A stretch of DNA of 64,000 nucleotides from assembly GCA_963665295.1 (NCBI GenBank), contig OY762209.1:2016001-2080000 (forward strand), given 5' to 3'. This DNA is from Syntrophorhabdaceae bacterium (GTDB lineage Bacteria > Desulfobacterota > Syntrophorhabdia > Syntrophorhabdales > Syntrophorhabdaceae). Numbering within the stretch: position 1 is the stretch's first letter; each line of letters begins with the position of its first letter. Positions 9,458 to 19,229 of the stretch are shown here, piece by piece. A model generated the notes under the pieces. That model saw only the letters and a list, made by a program, of their open reading frames with translations, made no database searches and was not told where the DNA came from. The translations under genes and the position numbers were made by a program.

Positions 9458-12103
9458 TTACTGTGTGACCTTCGCCTTTATCGCTCCCCAGTCTTTGCCT
9501 TTAGGCATGATGAAAAGGCAAGTGCCATTGCTTTTTAGCTCCCAAAGCTCGCCCAACCGCCGTTTTTCTTTGGAATCATCATTGCTGTACCTGTCGGTGC
9601 CCTTGTACTCGACTACGAGATATCGACCGTCCTTCAGTTTACACACGAAGTCAGGATAGAATTTGTCTGATGACGTTTGGAGCCAGAAAGACAACGCCGA
9701 CTGCCGCTCCAGGTTACGAACCCAGATTTCGACTTCCTCCATTTGATCGATGAATTGGGCGCACATGAATTCTTCGCCTTTGTCATCCAAATCGCCCACC
9801 TTTGGATAGTAATGTTTCGAAAAGGAATCAGATGCCGGGCAGGGAGATCGGGCTGGATACTCGGGTCCGTAAGAGAAGGCTCTTTCAGGAGTGACCTCGA
9901 TTTCGGCTCCGCCATCAAAAAGCATTTCCTGATACATTTTGGCGCGGGTCTGTTGTCGACACCCCTTGAGTTTTTCTTCCGCTATCTTGCGGAGAATAAA
10001 TCGCTTTCTCACCAACTGGCTCAGAGCAATACTCCTGTTATCCACGAGGTCGCCAACCATGGCGGCTAGGAACCGCTCTTTTTCATCTGGGGTAAGTTCG
10101 ACTAACTCCTTTTCTTTCAAATTATAATCGAGCCAATAAATAAGCTGAGCATCTGTCCAATTATCGATTACCTCAATTAGTTGCAGCTGCTTATTTAATT
10201 CCGGGATGAATCGTGATCTAACCTTTCCTTCCTGTCCGATGTCTATTTCGCCGAAGAGTCCTTTTTCGGCAGCGATAAGTGACAATTCCTCATCGTTGAG
10301 GCATGGGTTATAGTTCTCTATTTCCCAACCTTCCTCCAAAAGATAATCGTCCTCAAACAATTCAAGTTGTCCGTCTCTCCTTATACACAGCATCGGCACC
10401 TGGAAAGAAACCCCTCTTTCTGATGGACTCTTGACGATTCCCATAGCTTCTTCCCGATGCTCCCTAACTGCATCGGCCCAAATTTTCCGGGAATCCTGCA
10501 TGAGCAGGTTTTCCCTTACTTCCTTCTCCTCTTCCTGAGTCAGCACACCTTTTATCGCGATGGTCTTTTTCTCAGCGTCAATCTCTATCTTCGCTTGAAC
10601 CTCAGGAGACAATCGCTCTATCAATGGCACATCAACCAGCGCAACTTTCATAGGCGGCGGGTTTACGTATACTCTCGGAGTCACGAGCCCATCTAGCTTG
10701 GGTTGAACAGGTTTTATGAATTCCTTGGCTTCAAGCTGGTTGAAACCATTCTCTACAAGTGCATCGACGAGGCTATTGGCCGCTTCTGCAAAGTTTCTGG
10801 ATGTGACAAAAGCATAAGCGCGGTTCAAGTCCTTAATAGTTCTCTCTCGGCAATTCGGCAGACGGAGAACCCGCCCCAGTATTTGCTCCACTGCCCCTAC
10901 GGAGCGTTGTTCGGTGACTGAGCAAAGAACATAGGCAAAAGGACAATCCCATCCTTCGCGAAGCGCTTGTACGGTAATAATGAATCGGATAGGGCAATCC
11001 TTTGCAAACAGATCGACGTCATCGAGCCCCCTGTCTTCTCCGGTGGCCCGGGTTACCTGATCGGCAGGAATACGGTGATCTTCAATGAGGCTTTTTTCAA
11101 CAACGTCAACTGTCAGTGTCTCATGTCCTTGCCTGCGGGGTTGCGCCTGGATCAGCATAATGGGCCTGATATAGTCATTGGTCTTACGCTCTTCAATCTC
11201 CGCGTCTTTTTCAAGCTCCGCACGCTGGGCGATGGCGTCTGCTAAGAGAGCCTGCCAATCTGTGAGAGCCTCAAGCCGGATAGGGAGCTTAATCATGTAT
11301 TCAGCTTTAAGTTCCGCCGCCGAAACACTGTGAAGAACGTTGCTCGGACTCCTCACACTATCAGGCGTCGCAGTGAATTCCACGATGGCCGATGGCCGAA
11401 ATCGGGCCAGAGTTTCAAAGGAAAGGTCTGTCCGGGCGTTATGTGCCTCATCCACAATGATCAGGGGACGATGAATGCGCATAACGTTGGCCAGAGAGTA
11501 GTCAATGACGCCGTTCTCATCTTTGTTGAGAAGATCAAGAATCTCACGGGGCAGGTTCTGAAAGTGGTGATGAAGAGCACCGGCACTCTCATATACTTTT
11601 CTACCCTCTTTATCTTCTACCCGAAAGGCCTGCAAAGTTGAGACAATAATTACGGTTGATGACAGAACCACGCCTTGCCTCAAACGAAGCGCCTCTTCAA
11701 CATCCATAATCTCGACGTTATCCAAGGTCGAATCGAGCGCTTGTCGATAGGGATGACTTCTATCCCGAAGCGCGTTAATTGTCTGTGTCCGAATTATATT
11801 TGACGGCACCAGCCAGAGAACTATGGAATGGTCGACCTTAAGATAATCTCTATTCGTTACCGCTATGGCGTGACAGGCGAGCAGCGTTTTTCCGCCGCCA
11901 GTAGGAAGACGCAGGCAGATGTATGGAATGTCAGCCAGTTCTGATGGCTCGCTAATGGGACGATATGGGATACCTCGTTCCCAAAGGGTTCTGGTGGTTT
12001 CGTAAAATGCAGAATCAGCATCTTTAAGCCGGTCACAGGCCAGAAAGTAGCGTCTGAGGGAATCAAGCACATTTTCCTGATAGGTCTTGAGTTGGAGCAT
12101 CAT
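9458..12103 (-). CDS. res: Type III restriction enzyme Res subunit (SF2 helicase plus C-terminal nuclease)
   Basis: PTGGGKT, DEAH, FTATP, LREGWDCP, EQILGRVLR; C-terminal FYPDF...VVEYKG; ATGA coupling to the mod 3' end. Confidence 0.9.
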   Translation of the reverse strand: MMLQLKTYQENVLDSLRRYFLACDRLKDADSAFYETTRTLWERGIPYRPISEPSELADIPYICLRLPTGGGKTLLACHAIAVTNRDYLKVDHSIVLWLVPSNIIRTQTINALRDRSHPYRQALDSTLDNVEIMDVEEALRLRQGVVLSSTVIIVSTLQAFRVEDKEGRKVYESAGALHHHFQNLPREILDLLNKDENGVIDYSLANVMRIHRPLIIVDEAHNARTDLSFETLARFRPSAIVEFTATPDSVRSPSNVLHSVSAAELKAEYMIKLPIRLEALTDWQALLADAIAQRAELEKDAEIEERKTNDYIRPIMLIQAQPRRQGHETLTVDVVEKSLIEDHRIPADQVTRATGEDRGLDDVDLFAKDCPIRFIITVQALREGWDCPFAYVLCSVTEQRSVGAVEQILGRVLRLPNCRERTIKDLNRAYAFVTSRNFAEAANSLVDALVENGFNQLEAKEFIKPVQPKLDGLVTPRVYVNPPPMKVALVDVPLIERLSPEVQAKIEIDAEKKTIAIKGVLTQEEEKEVRENLLMQDSRKIWADAVREHREEAMGIVKSPSERGVSFQVPMLCIRRDGQLELFEDDYLLEEGWEIENYNPCLNDEELSLIAAEKGLFGEIDIGQEGKVRSRFIPELNKQLQLIEVIDNWTDAQLIYWLDYNLKEKELVELTPDEKERFLAAMVGDLVDNRSIALSQLVRKRFILRKIAEEKLKGCRQQTRAKMYQEMLFDGGAEIEVTPERAFSYGPEYPARSPCPASDSFSKHYYPKVGDLDDKGEEFMCAQFIDQMEEVEIWVRNLERQSALSFWLQTSSDKFYPDFVCKLKDGRYLVVEYKGTDRYSNDDSKEKRRLGELWELKSNGTCLFIMPKGKDWGAIKAKVTQ

Positions 12104-12422
12104 TTCACCCTGATCTGATATGGAATCTGCCGAAAAACAACATTCTCCTTTTTGAGCCGTGCAATACTCAAGCGGCACGCTGTGCCGTAAATAACTTTTG
12201 AACCGTCATGAGGCGGCAGGTCGGCAAGGACTGTCCGAGTCAAAACATTTCCGCCACTGGGCTTCTTATCCTTCAAGACGCCGTTATACAGCAGATAGAT
12301 GGCACAGTCATTGTGTGTGCCGATCAATGGGCGCCTATCTTCATTACCCTCGGAAATGGGTTCGCCAGTCTCCGTAAAATATACGTGTCTTGCAAGTTCA
12401 TCATAGGAGATGCGCGGGTTAA
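12100..12422 (-). pseudogene. mod: 3' fragment of type III Mod methyltransferase
   Basis: LARHVYFTETGEP...YLLYNG...GGNVLT...FRQIPY, a Mod-type C-terminus coupled to res; cut at the IS21 end. Confidence 0.8.
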
Positions 12423-12531
12423 TGTGATTTTTCAAGATAGCTCACCCACCTGAGGGGTGGTTTTTACAAGATCATTCACCCACCCCTTTTACAAGATCTC
12501 TCACCCACTTTTTCAGGTTCATTCACCCACC
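12423..12531 (+). repeat. Four ~23-bp subterminal repeats (IS21 transposase-binding sites)
   Basis: TTTTCAAGATAGCTCACCCACC, TTTTACAAGATCATTCACCCACC, TTTTACAAGATCTCTCACCCAC and TTTTCAGGTTCATTCACCCACC. Confidence 0.8.
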
Positions 12532-12592
12532 CGTACGGCGTCATAAAGAGGTGTCATACTACTTCCCGTTATCTACATTTACGGGAGGCCCT

Positions 12593-13160
12593 ATGGCACG
12601 AAAGGAGTATGCGGTGGTTGATATTGTCGATATTTTGAGAAGGGTCCAAAGCGGATATTCAATACGAGCGATTGCGGCGGCCACGGGGATGGATCGCAAC
12701 ACGCTGAGAAAGTACCTTCGCCTCGCCCAGGAGAAAGGCTTTGCAGAAGGCAGCGATCTGGAGATGATCGCCCGGGAAGTGGTCAAAGAGGTCCAGTCCC
12801 ACCTCCCCGGTCCGGAGAAGTCCTCCGAGCAGGTCCTCCTTCCCCACAAGGAGACCATTGCTTCATGGATAGAAGAACACCTCACTCTCACCAAGATCCA
12901 TATGAAGCTTTCGAGAATGGGAGTCGAAGTGGGCTACCAGAGCCTCTACCGGTTTGTGACGGTCCATATCGGGCTTGCCTCGAAGACTACGGTCCGGATG
13001 GCGGATACGGCGCCGGGGGAGTTCGCAGAGGTCGACTTCGGGAGACTGGGAATAATATATGATCCCCATACCGAGAGAAAGCGGCTCGTCTACGGCCTTG
13101 TGGTCACCCTTAACTCAAGCAGGCACCAGTATGTCCATGTCAGCTTCACCCAGCGGAACG
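12593..13160 (+). pseudogene. istA: IS21 transposase IstA, N-terminal fragment
   Basis: SIRAIAAATGMDRNTLRKY HTH, TAPGEFAEVDFG (first catalytic Asp), TLNSSRHQYV; interrupted by the IS3 end. Confidence 0.85.
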
Positions 13161-13193
13161 TGTCAATGAAAATGAGACACTTCCATCAGATAT

Positions 13194-14192
13194 TTAGTGT
13201 ACCCCGCCATCGCTCGTTGATAATGGCTTATTGATCCAGACGGCGTCAGGCAGTGACGCCGGTTTCGGCATCCTCCCCTTGAACCGTTCCGGATGTTTTT
13301 CATACGCAGCCCGCAGTACGTCCGTACGACCTTCAATGATCCTCAACGCTCTTCCATAATGGACGTCCTCGGGGGTGAGAAGACCTATCCCCGAATGGTA
13401 ATGCTCGGTATTGTACCAGGGGAAGAATGTCTGGCAAAAGGCCCGGGCATCCTCAATGGAGCCGAACCTTTGAGGGAACTCGGGCCGGTACTTCATGGTC
13501 TTGAACTGAGATTCGGAATAGGGGTTGTCATTACTGACCGAAGGCCTCGAATGGCTCTTGGTGACCCCGAGATCGGCCATGAGCAGGGCGACGGGTTTCG
13601 ACGTCATACTCGACCCCCTGTCCGCATGGATCAGGAGCTTACCGGGCTCTATCATTTGCTTCTCGCAGGTCTCCGCGATCAGTTTGCGAGCAAGGGCGGC
13701 AAGTTCCCTGTGGGCCACCATCCACCCCACCACATAGCGGCTGTAGATGTCGAGGATCACATAGAGGTAGTAGTAGGTCCATTTTACGGAACCCTTGAGC
13801 TTCGTGATATCCCAGCTCCACGCCTCGTTGGGCGCCTTCGCGAGGATCTCCGGTTTTGCGTACCGGGGACGGGAGACCTGCCTCCTCCTTTCTTTCAGCT
13901 CACCTTCTTCTTCAAGGATCCGGTACATGGTGCGCACTGAACAGAGATAGCTCTTCTCGTCCAGGAGGGCCGCGTAGATTTCCCGGGGTGCTTTATCGAT
14001 GAAGCGGTCCGAATGAAGGATATCAAGTACATCGTTCCGTTCCCCGAAGGAGAGGGCCAAGGGAGAGAGACGGTTCAAAGGTTCCTTCTCTTTCGGATGC
14101 TGCCACCGGTAAAAGCCCGCACGGGATACGTCGAGGGCGTTGCAGGCAGGGCGGATACCCACTTCATGGGCAAGCGATTGCGTGATGTTCAT
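13194..14192 (-). CDS. IS3 transposase OrfB (DDE)
   Basis: WSWDIT, IHADRGS and NDNPYSESQFKTMK DDE motifs. Confidence 0.92.
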   Translation of the reverse strand: MNITQSLAHEVGIRPACNALDVSRAGFYRWQHPKEKEPLNRLSPLALSFGERNDVLDILHSDRFIDKAPREIYAALLDEKSYLCSVRTMYRILEEEGELKERRRQVSRPRYAKPEILAKAPNEAWSWDITKLKGSVKWTYYYLYVILDIYSRYVVGWMVAHRELAALARKLIAETCEKQMIEPGKLLIHADRGSSMTSKPVALLMADLGVTKSHSRPSVSNDNPYSESQFKTMKYRPEFPQRFGSIEDARAFCQTFFPWYNTEHYHSGIGLLTPEDVHYGRALRIIEGRTDVLRAAYEKHPERFKGRMPKPASLPDAVWINKPLSTSDGGVH

Positions 14193-14587
14193 GACTTCTC
14201 CTCGCTCGACCCCTTGAGCAGCTCGGCCACTTTTTTTTGGACCTCGATAATGAGCTCCGCCTGTTTCAGTTTATGGGTGAGCCTCGTGTTCTCCTTTTCC
14301 AGTTCGATGGTGCGACGGATAAGGGGATCAGGCTTTTGTGTGACGGGTCCTCTCTTTTTCGGGATGAGGCCCTGGTGAACCTGACGCCGCCATGAGGTGA
14401 GGCTCGATGAATAAAGTCCCTCTCTGCGCAGAAGCGCCCCTATCTCACCCTTCCCGGTACAGTTCTCCACCTCCTTGAGGATACGGAGCTTGTACGCCGC
14501 GGTGAATTTCCGGCGAACTGCCTTTTCCGGTACTTCCGGATCGGGGACTACCCTTGGTGATGCCATGACTGATTTCTTTTCTTCCAC
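14189..14587 (-). CDS. IS3 transposase OrfA
   Basis: RRKFTAAYKLRIL, LLRREGLYSS HTH and leucine-zipper-like ELEKENTRL. Confidence 0.88.
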   Translation of the reverse strand: MEEKKSVMASPRVVPDPEVPEKAVRRKFTAAYKLRILKEVENCTGKGEIGALLRREGLYSSSLTSWRRQVHQGLIPKKRGPVTQKPDPLIRRTIELEKENTRLTHKLKQAELIIEVQKKVAELLKGSSEEKS

Positions 14588-14656
14588 GATCGTTCTTTCC
14601 TTCCCGCCCCCAAGAGTCTAAACTATTGGGTGGGAAGTGTCTCACTTATATTGGCA

Positions 14657-15534
14657 CGGAGGGAATATTGAACGGTTCCTCTCTCATCTTTTCGAACAAA
14701 ATCAAGATCGAGACCTTGCTCTGTCAGAGTTTTTGCGTAGTAACCATCAAGTGTCATTTTGTCCGAAAATTCACGCAAATATGTCTCATAGGCTGATGTC
14801 GCAGATTTTGCTCGTTCCTGTTTCCATCTCCATTGGCCTGTTGAAGGTTCTATGTCAAACAGCTTATATCTCATCGTAGGACGGTCTGTTCCTCTCCAGA
14901 AAGTATCCCATTTCCCGGACTGCTCAAAGGCGAGGTTATGTTGAAGTCGAGACAGCCGAAATCCAGAAGTTTTGGAATAGCAGTAGATTATGTCATGACC
15001 ACTCGCAAGACTGTCAACTGTGTCAAATTGAGCTTGTACATTTTTAATCCCACGCCTCACTACAATTGCATTCCTAAAATAACCAAAAATTTCATCAAGC
15101 AGGAGACGTAAATGGCCAGATTCTTCGTGGCCAATCTGAACAAATATAAGGCCATCCTCGCGAAGCATCTCCTTTAACAGACTCAGCCTCGGATACATCA
15201 TGCAAAGCCATTTGTCATGACGGGAAAGATCCTCTGCTTCGCCACCAACCACCTTTCCCAACCATTTTCTGATCTCGGGACTATTTACGTTGTCGTTATA
15301 TATCCAGTTCTCATTTCCCGTATTGTACGGGGGATCGATGTAAATGCACTTTACCTGCCCCGCATAGTATGGCAAGAGAGCCTTAAGGGCCACCAGATTA
15401 TCCCCCTGGACAATGAGATTGCCACTGCCCGGCTCCCCGACCGAGAGTCCGGACTCCTCCCGCAAAAGATGAAAAGGCACTTCGTTGTGGTGGTTTATAA
15501 CAGCCTTTTTTCCTATCCAATCAAGCGTGGCCAT
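14657..15534 (-). pseudogene. mod: 5' fragment of type III Mod N6-adenine methyltransferase
   Basis: MATLDWIGK, IVQGDNLVALKAL, YIDPPYNTG, WLCMMYPRL; runs into the IS3 end; no FxGxG SAM-binding motif in either fragment. Confidence 0.88.
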
Positions 15535-15677
15535 TTATTCCTTTCAAGTCCTTACATCGAATTTTGTCGCTACATGATAACAAGAAAGGGCAGTATTGTC
15601 ATTTACTTCTTGACGGAAGGACAACTTGAAGCGACGTCTTGCCCACGCCTTAGGCGCGGAAAAGACCAACCGCCTTT

Positions 15678-16703
15678 TCAGACTCGAAATAAGGAAAGTT
15701 GTTCTCCGCGAGAGCTTTGTTGCGAGCAAGCTTCTACGAAATGGCTTTGTATGTCGTCGTATCTTTGAAAGTAAACCTTCAGCTGCGCCTTTTGGGAATC
15801 GACCCATTTAGCTTCGTCGATTTCGACAAGCTTCTCACACGCTTCTATTACCCATTCCTTCTTCGGACTTTTTGGCTGACGATCCATACCATTGCACAGT
15901 CTCTTAAATGAGAATCCGTCATGCAGTATCTCCACTATCTTATCGATTTCAAGAGTTACCTCCAACTTCTGTTTCTTGCGCAGGGTTCTGAACTGGGGCT
16001 TCTCAGAAACCATCTCCAAGACCACGTGTGTCCAGATGAGCTGGAGTAGATATGGAAGCGGAGGGGGCGCATCGCAAAGCTTGACCATGGAGTATATGCC
16101 AACAAAGATACTCATTGGGACCGGGACGCCGTTAGTCAACTCTTGGTTAATATTCGAATCGCTTAGGTTCCCCTGCAACTTCTGAAAGAAAAAGAATGGT
16201 CTTCTCTCGTCAGACCTATTGAACTGAACCACAACAAACGGCCGCTGAAAACCAATCTCCTTTGCGTCGCTTTTCTCTTTGAAGAACTGTAGCACTGCCA
16301 TTGCCCTTGTTTGATGTAGTAGTAAGACTATATCGTGAGCTTTTACCTTCTTAGACTCACAGGGCCATCCCACTAAATCATCATCATAACTCATGAGCTG
16401 ACGAAAGGTTTCTATCCAGAACGCTTGATTCTTGGGAAAGCTTTTCTTCACTTCCCCGATAACGCCGCTGCCTGGAGAAACGAAGATACCGATATCGGGG
16501 GTGACGAAATCAGCCTTGTTTCCATTTGAGTCAATTTTCTTTTCGCCTGAAGGCTCCAGCCGCCCTCCCTGGAAAAGCAGGACATCTGGTCTATTCTTGC
16601 GCGTTGCTTTGTCATATAGATAGAAGTTCATGAACCCGACCATAGCGTGAATCGTCTGGATATAGTCATCAATCTCGTCTAAATACCGGTCTTTGGCTTC
16701 GAT
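15678..16703 (-). CDS. Uncharacterised protein with an N-terminal PD-(D/E)XK nuclease-like motif and a possible C-terminal winged helix
   Basis: VTPDIGIF...VIGEVKKS. First ATG is at 16643, but the frame is open to an ATC at 16703 that follows a GGAGGAG SD. Confidence 0.6.
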   Translation of the reverse strand: MEAKDRYLDEIDDYIQTIHAMVGFMNFYLYDKATRKNRPDVLLFQGGRLEPSGEKKIDSNGNKADFVTPDIGIFVSPGSGVIGEVKKSFPKNQAFWIETFRQLMSYDDDLVGWPCESKKVKAHDIVLLLHQTRAMAVLQFFKEKSDAKEIGFQRPFVVVQFNRSDERRPFFFFQKLQGNLSDSNINQELTNGVPVPMSIFVGIYSMVKLCDAPPPLPYLLQLIWTHVVLEMVSEKPQFRTLRKKQKLEVTLEIDKIVEILHDGFSFKRLCNGMDRQPKSPKKEWVIEACEKLVEIDEAKWVDSQKAQLKVYFQRYDDIQSHFVEACSQQSSRGEQLSLFRV

Positions 16704-16704
16704 A

Positions 16705-17814
16705 TCACTCCTCCGTTAGATCTCTGATCCTGCCTTCAGCAAAGGTATCGAAAATGTGATTTATGATCCTCTTGATTGAGGCCACAGTGCCTTTTAGTTG
16801 AGGAACGATAATGACTTGATTAGAATTGAGCACCCAGATGTCGAATGTGCTGCCATCAAAATAGTCAATTATGGAAAGCTGTATATACGGGTTGCCGTGA
16901 ACTACAGAAACGGAAGAAGCGGGAAAATTTTTCATGGCGTCAATAAAATGTATATTTTCGGAAGGCGGACCAAACTGCTCAACCTCGAAGTCAATCACCA
17001 AAGGTCTTACCGAAAGATCGCTCGCTTCTTTTCGACCACGATGTCCAAATATCTCTATATTCTCATAAATCGTCTTACAGACGGGAAGAACTAACGACTT
17101 GAAGACGACCTCTAATAAATGATCAGTTCTGACTATGCCCTGTCGGGTGAACAAGATTTCCGCATAATCCCTGAAGTGTCTTCGGGCTTGAAATTTCACC
17201 GAGTTAAACCATCCATTATTCTCCAGAACCCAGTCAAAGGCCGCATCCAATTCTATCCCAGGCCAACTTACTACCGGCACCGTTCTTTCCTGTCTCTTAC
17301 CCGGCATTATTCTGAATCTGTGATTTGCCTGAGTAACGACGAGTTCCGTAAATTGCTGACTCTCTCTGAAAGTCGTTAGTAGCTTCCTTAATCGCTTGTT
17401 GGCAATAAATGTGGTCAATACCATTGGGTACATTTGCTTCAGCGTCGGCAGCAAAGCCTTTTGGAGAAACCGTGACGGCTCCAGCGTTAAGGCTACAAAA
17501 ATATTGGGATACTCGGGATGGTTATAGACATAAAATCTACCAGTTGCTTTTTGAACTTCTTTGTTCAACTTGTATGAGTAATTTAGGTCAAAAAGACAAC
17601 ACCCGTTATTTTTTCTCACCAGCAATATTTCTCTGGACTTGTGTTTCGATGGAAAATATTCCGCAGGCTGCAACTTAGCGTAAAATGGGATTGCCGTAAC
17701 GTTTAGGCCGTTTTGGGAGAGAAGGCCGTCCATTGCTTCAATAAGCTCATCCCTGTTATGATTTTGACTGTAGAATTGACCCAGAAAATCAATGCCGCTG
17801 GTTCCGTCTGCCAA
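16705..17814 (-). CDS. Uncharacterised ~369-aa soluble protein
   Basis: Long intact ORF; probable TTG start at 17814 after AGGAG; C-terminal VHGNPY...DYFDGSTFDIWV...IVPQLKG block; no family recognised. Confidence 0.75.
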   Translation of the reverse strand: MADGTSGIDFLGQFYSQNHNRDELIEAMDGLLSQNGLNVTAIPFYAKLQPAEYFPSKHKSREILLVRKNNGCCLFDLNYSYKLNKEVQKATGRFYVYNHPEYPNIFVALTLEPSRFLQKALLPTLKQMYPMVLTTFIANKRLRKLLTTFRESQQFTELVVTQANHRFRIMPGKRQERTVPVVSWPGIELDAAFDWVLENNGWFNSVKFQARRHFRDYAEILFTRQGIVRTDHLLEVVFKSLVLPVCKTIYENIEIFGHRGRKEASDLSVRPLVIDFEVEQFGPPSENIHFIDAMKNFPASSVSVVHGNPYIQLSIIDYFDGSTFDIWVLNSNQVIIVPQLKGTVASIKRIINHIFDTFAEGRIRDLTEE

Positions 17815-17941
17815 TATGCACTCCTGCGAACGGGATGGCTTTTCGTTTACTGCCGCGCTGCCCCTATATTGTAATTTTATACACAATCAATTACGAACTT
17901 AAAGCCATAAATCAAAATAGTCTATTTTTTTCAATATAAAT

Positions 17942-17967
17942 AAAAAGCCCCGCAGGTTCGCGAGGCT
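17942..17967 (-). terminator. Intrinsic terminator
   Basis: Minus strand AGCCTCGC-GAACCT-GCGGGGCT followed by TTTTATTT. Confidence 0.7.
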
Positions 17968-17985
17968 GTTTAAGAAGGTTAAAGC

Positions 17986-18689
17986 TTAGCGCCGGAGACT
18001 ATCTCCAAGCCGGTGCCTTTGGTCATTTCTTTGAGCTTTTCGTCGGAGGGCTTTAATGTGGGCGCTGCTTTCCCAGAAAGATTCTGCCAGTTTCTCGTTA
18101 TCGCTGGTGTCATAGAAACTGGCTTCGTCATAGACCCGCGAATAGTCGATATACTTCTCTGTCAGTTCGATGATCGTGCAGACAAGCGTGTGGCCCTTTG
18201 CGTCGGGACTGGGTCTTGCAGAAGAACCCTTCATAACAATGAACGAGGTGTGGAGTACGCTCGTATTGCGCGTAGCCGGAGAGTGCGAGTGTGGCGAGGT
18301 CGAAGGTGAATTGAAGAGTCTCGCATTTCGGATGGATGTCGAGGTGTATTCCCTTTGTCTTGGTATCCACCGAAAACTTGGGCCACCCCTTTCTTGAAGG
18401 CCTTGCGGTAATCCTCCTTGTATTTGGATTCCCAGAGTTTGAAGTAGCCGTTGCAGTCTTTCGAGACCATGGCCGGGGAGTATTCGATGCCTTCCTTTTC
18501 CATTTGCTCTTTGCTCGGGAGATATCCGAAGCCGTATCCCCAGGACGGAGAGAGTTCGCCTTGCACTTCTTCCTCAACGAGCCCGCGGCCCCGGCCGAAC
18601 ATTTGCGATAATTCCTGAAGCTCTTGTATCAAGGCGTCGATTGCTTCAAGGCTCTTCTCCTTCCCTTTGTAACGAATGGTGATTCCCAT
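17986..18689 (-). pseudogene. Doubly frameshifted hypothetical gene
   Basis: Three overlapping ORFs join into one plausible protein: MGITIRYKGK... / ...GIHLDIHPKCETLQFTFD...FCKTQ / ...HTLVCTIIE...VYDEASFYDT. Confidence 0.6.
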
Positions 18690-18839
18690 GATTTTCCCTC
18701 GTTTGAGTGTATTAGGTGCTGATTCCATGGTATAGGGATTGTGATAATAGAAAAGGCGATCAAATATGCCGTCTGAGGAATGTTTTGCATTTCTGTCTCC
18801 CGATCTGTTAAATTCACCAAAACAGAGAAGGAGGCATCA

Positions 18840-19229
18840 ATGGATGATTTTCCGGATTTCGATTCTTTTCAGGATTGTCGTGGGAAGACGATAAGGTTCA
18901 GATATGATCTCATCGATGCGGGAAATGTCTATTCCCTCCGGGCTCGGGAAGTAACGAAGAGCGAATACCCGCGAGTATTTAGTGCTTACGACTCAGCGAG
19001 CCCCTGGAATGCCCTGTACAAGCTGAGAAAGCGCATGCCTCAAGAACTCAATACCCGTTATTTTGCCGAAGAGAAGGGCGAGGCCTTCGCCAGGATGAAT
19101 TTCGATCGTTTCAGGGGAAGCATAACGAGTGATTCGGAGATCCATGAGGCGTGCCTGGCGGTGGACGGGAAGAAGATGAGCATGGCAGACCTGTATATAG
19201 AGGTGCGGGTAACGGAGGAGGGAGAATGA
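18840..19229 (+). CDS. Hypothetical protein
   Basis: ATG after AAGGAGG SD; ATGA-coupled to the next gene. Confidence 0.6.
   Translation: MDDFPDFDSFQDCRGKTIRFRYDLIDAGNVYSLRAREVTKSEYPRVFSAYDSASPWNALYKLRKRMPQELNTRYFAEEKGEAFARMNFDRFRGSITSDSEIHEACLAVDGKKMSMADLYIEVRVTEEGE

Larger units (their letters stand above)
12423..13160 (+). mobile_element. Truncated IS21-family element (left end plus 5' istA)
   Basis: Starts with TG, has multiple subterminal repeats and an istA N-terminus; istB and the right end are absent. Confidence 0.85.
13161..14656 (-). mobile_element. Complete IS3-family insertion sequence
   Basis: Terminal inverted repeats TGTCAATGAAAATGAGACACTTCC and TGCCAATATAAGTGAGACACTTCC; orfA/orfB in -1 relation with an A8 slippery run at 14231-14238; no clear target-site duplication. 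Confidence 0.9.

Noticed and set aside
12423..12531. Short spaced repeats resembling a mini CRISPR array
   Set aside because: Spacers are 0-10 bp, there are no cas genes, and the repeats sit at the TG end of an IS21 element just before istA.
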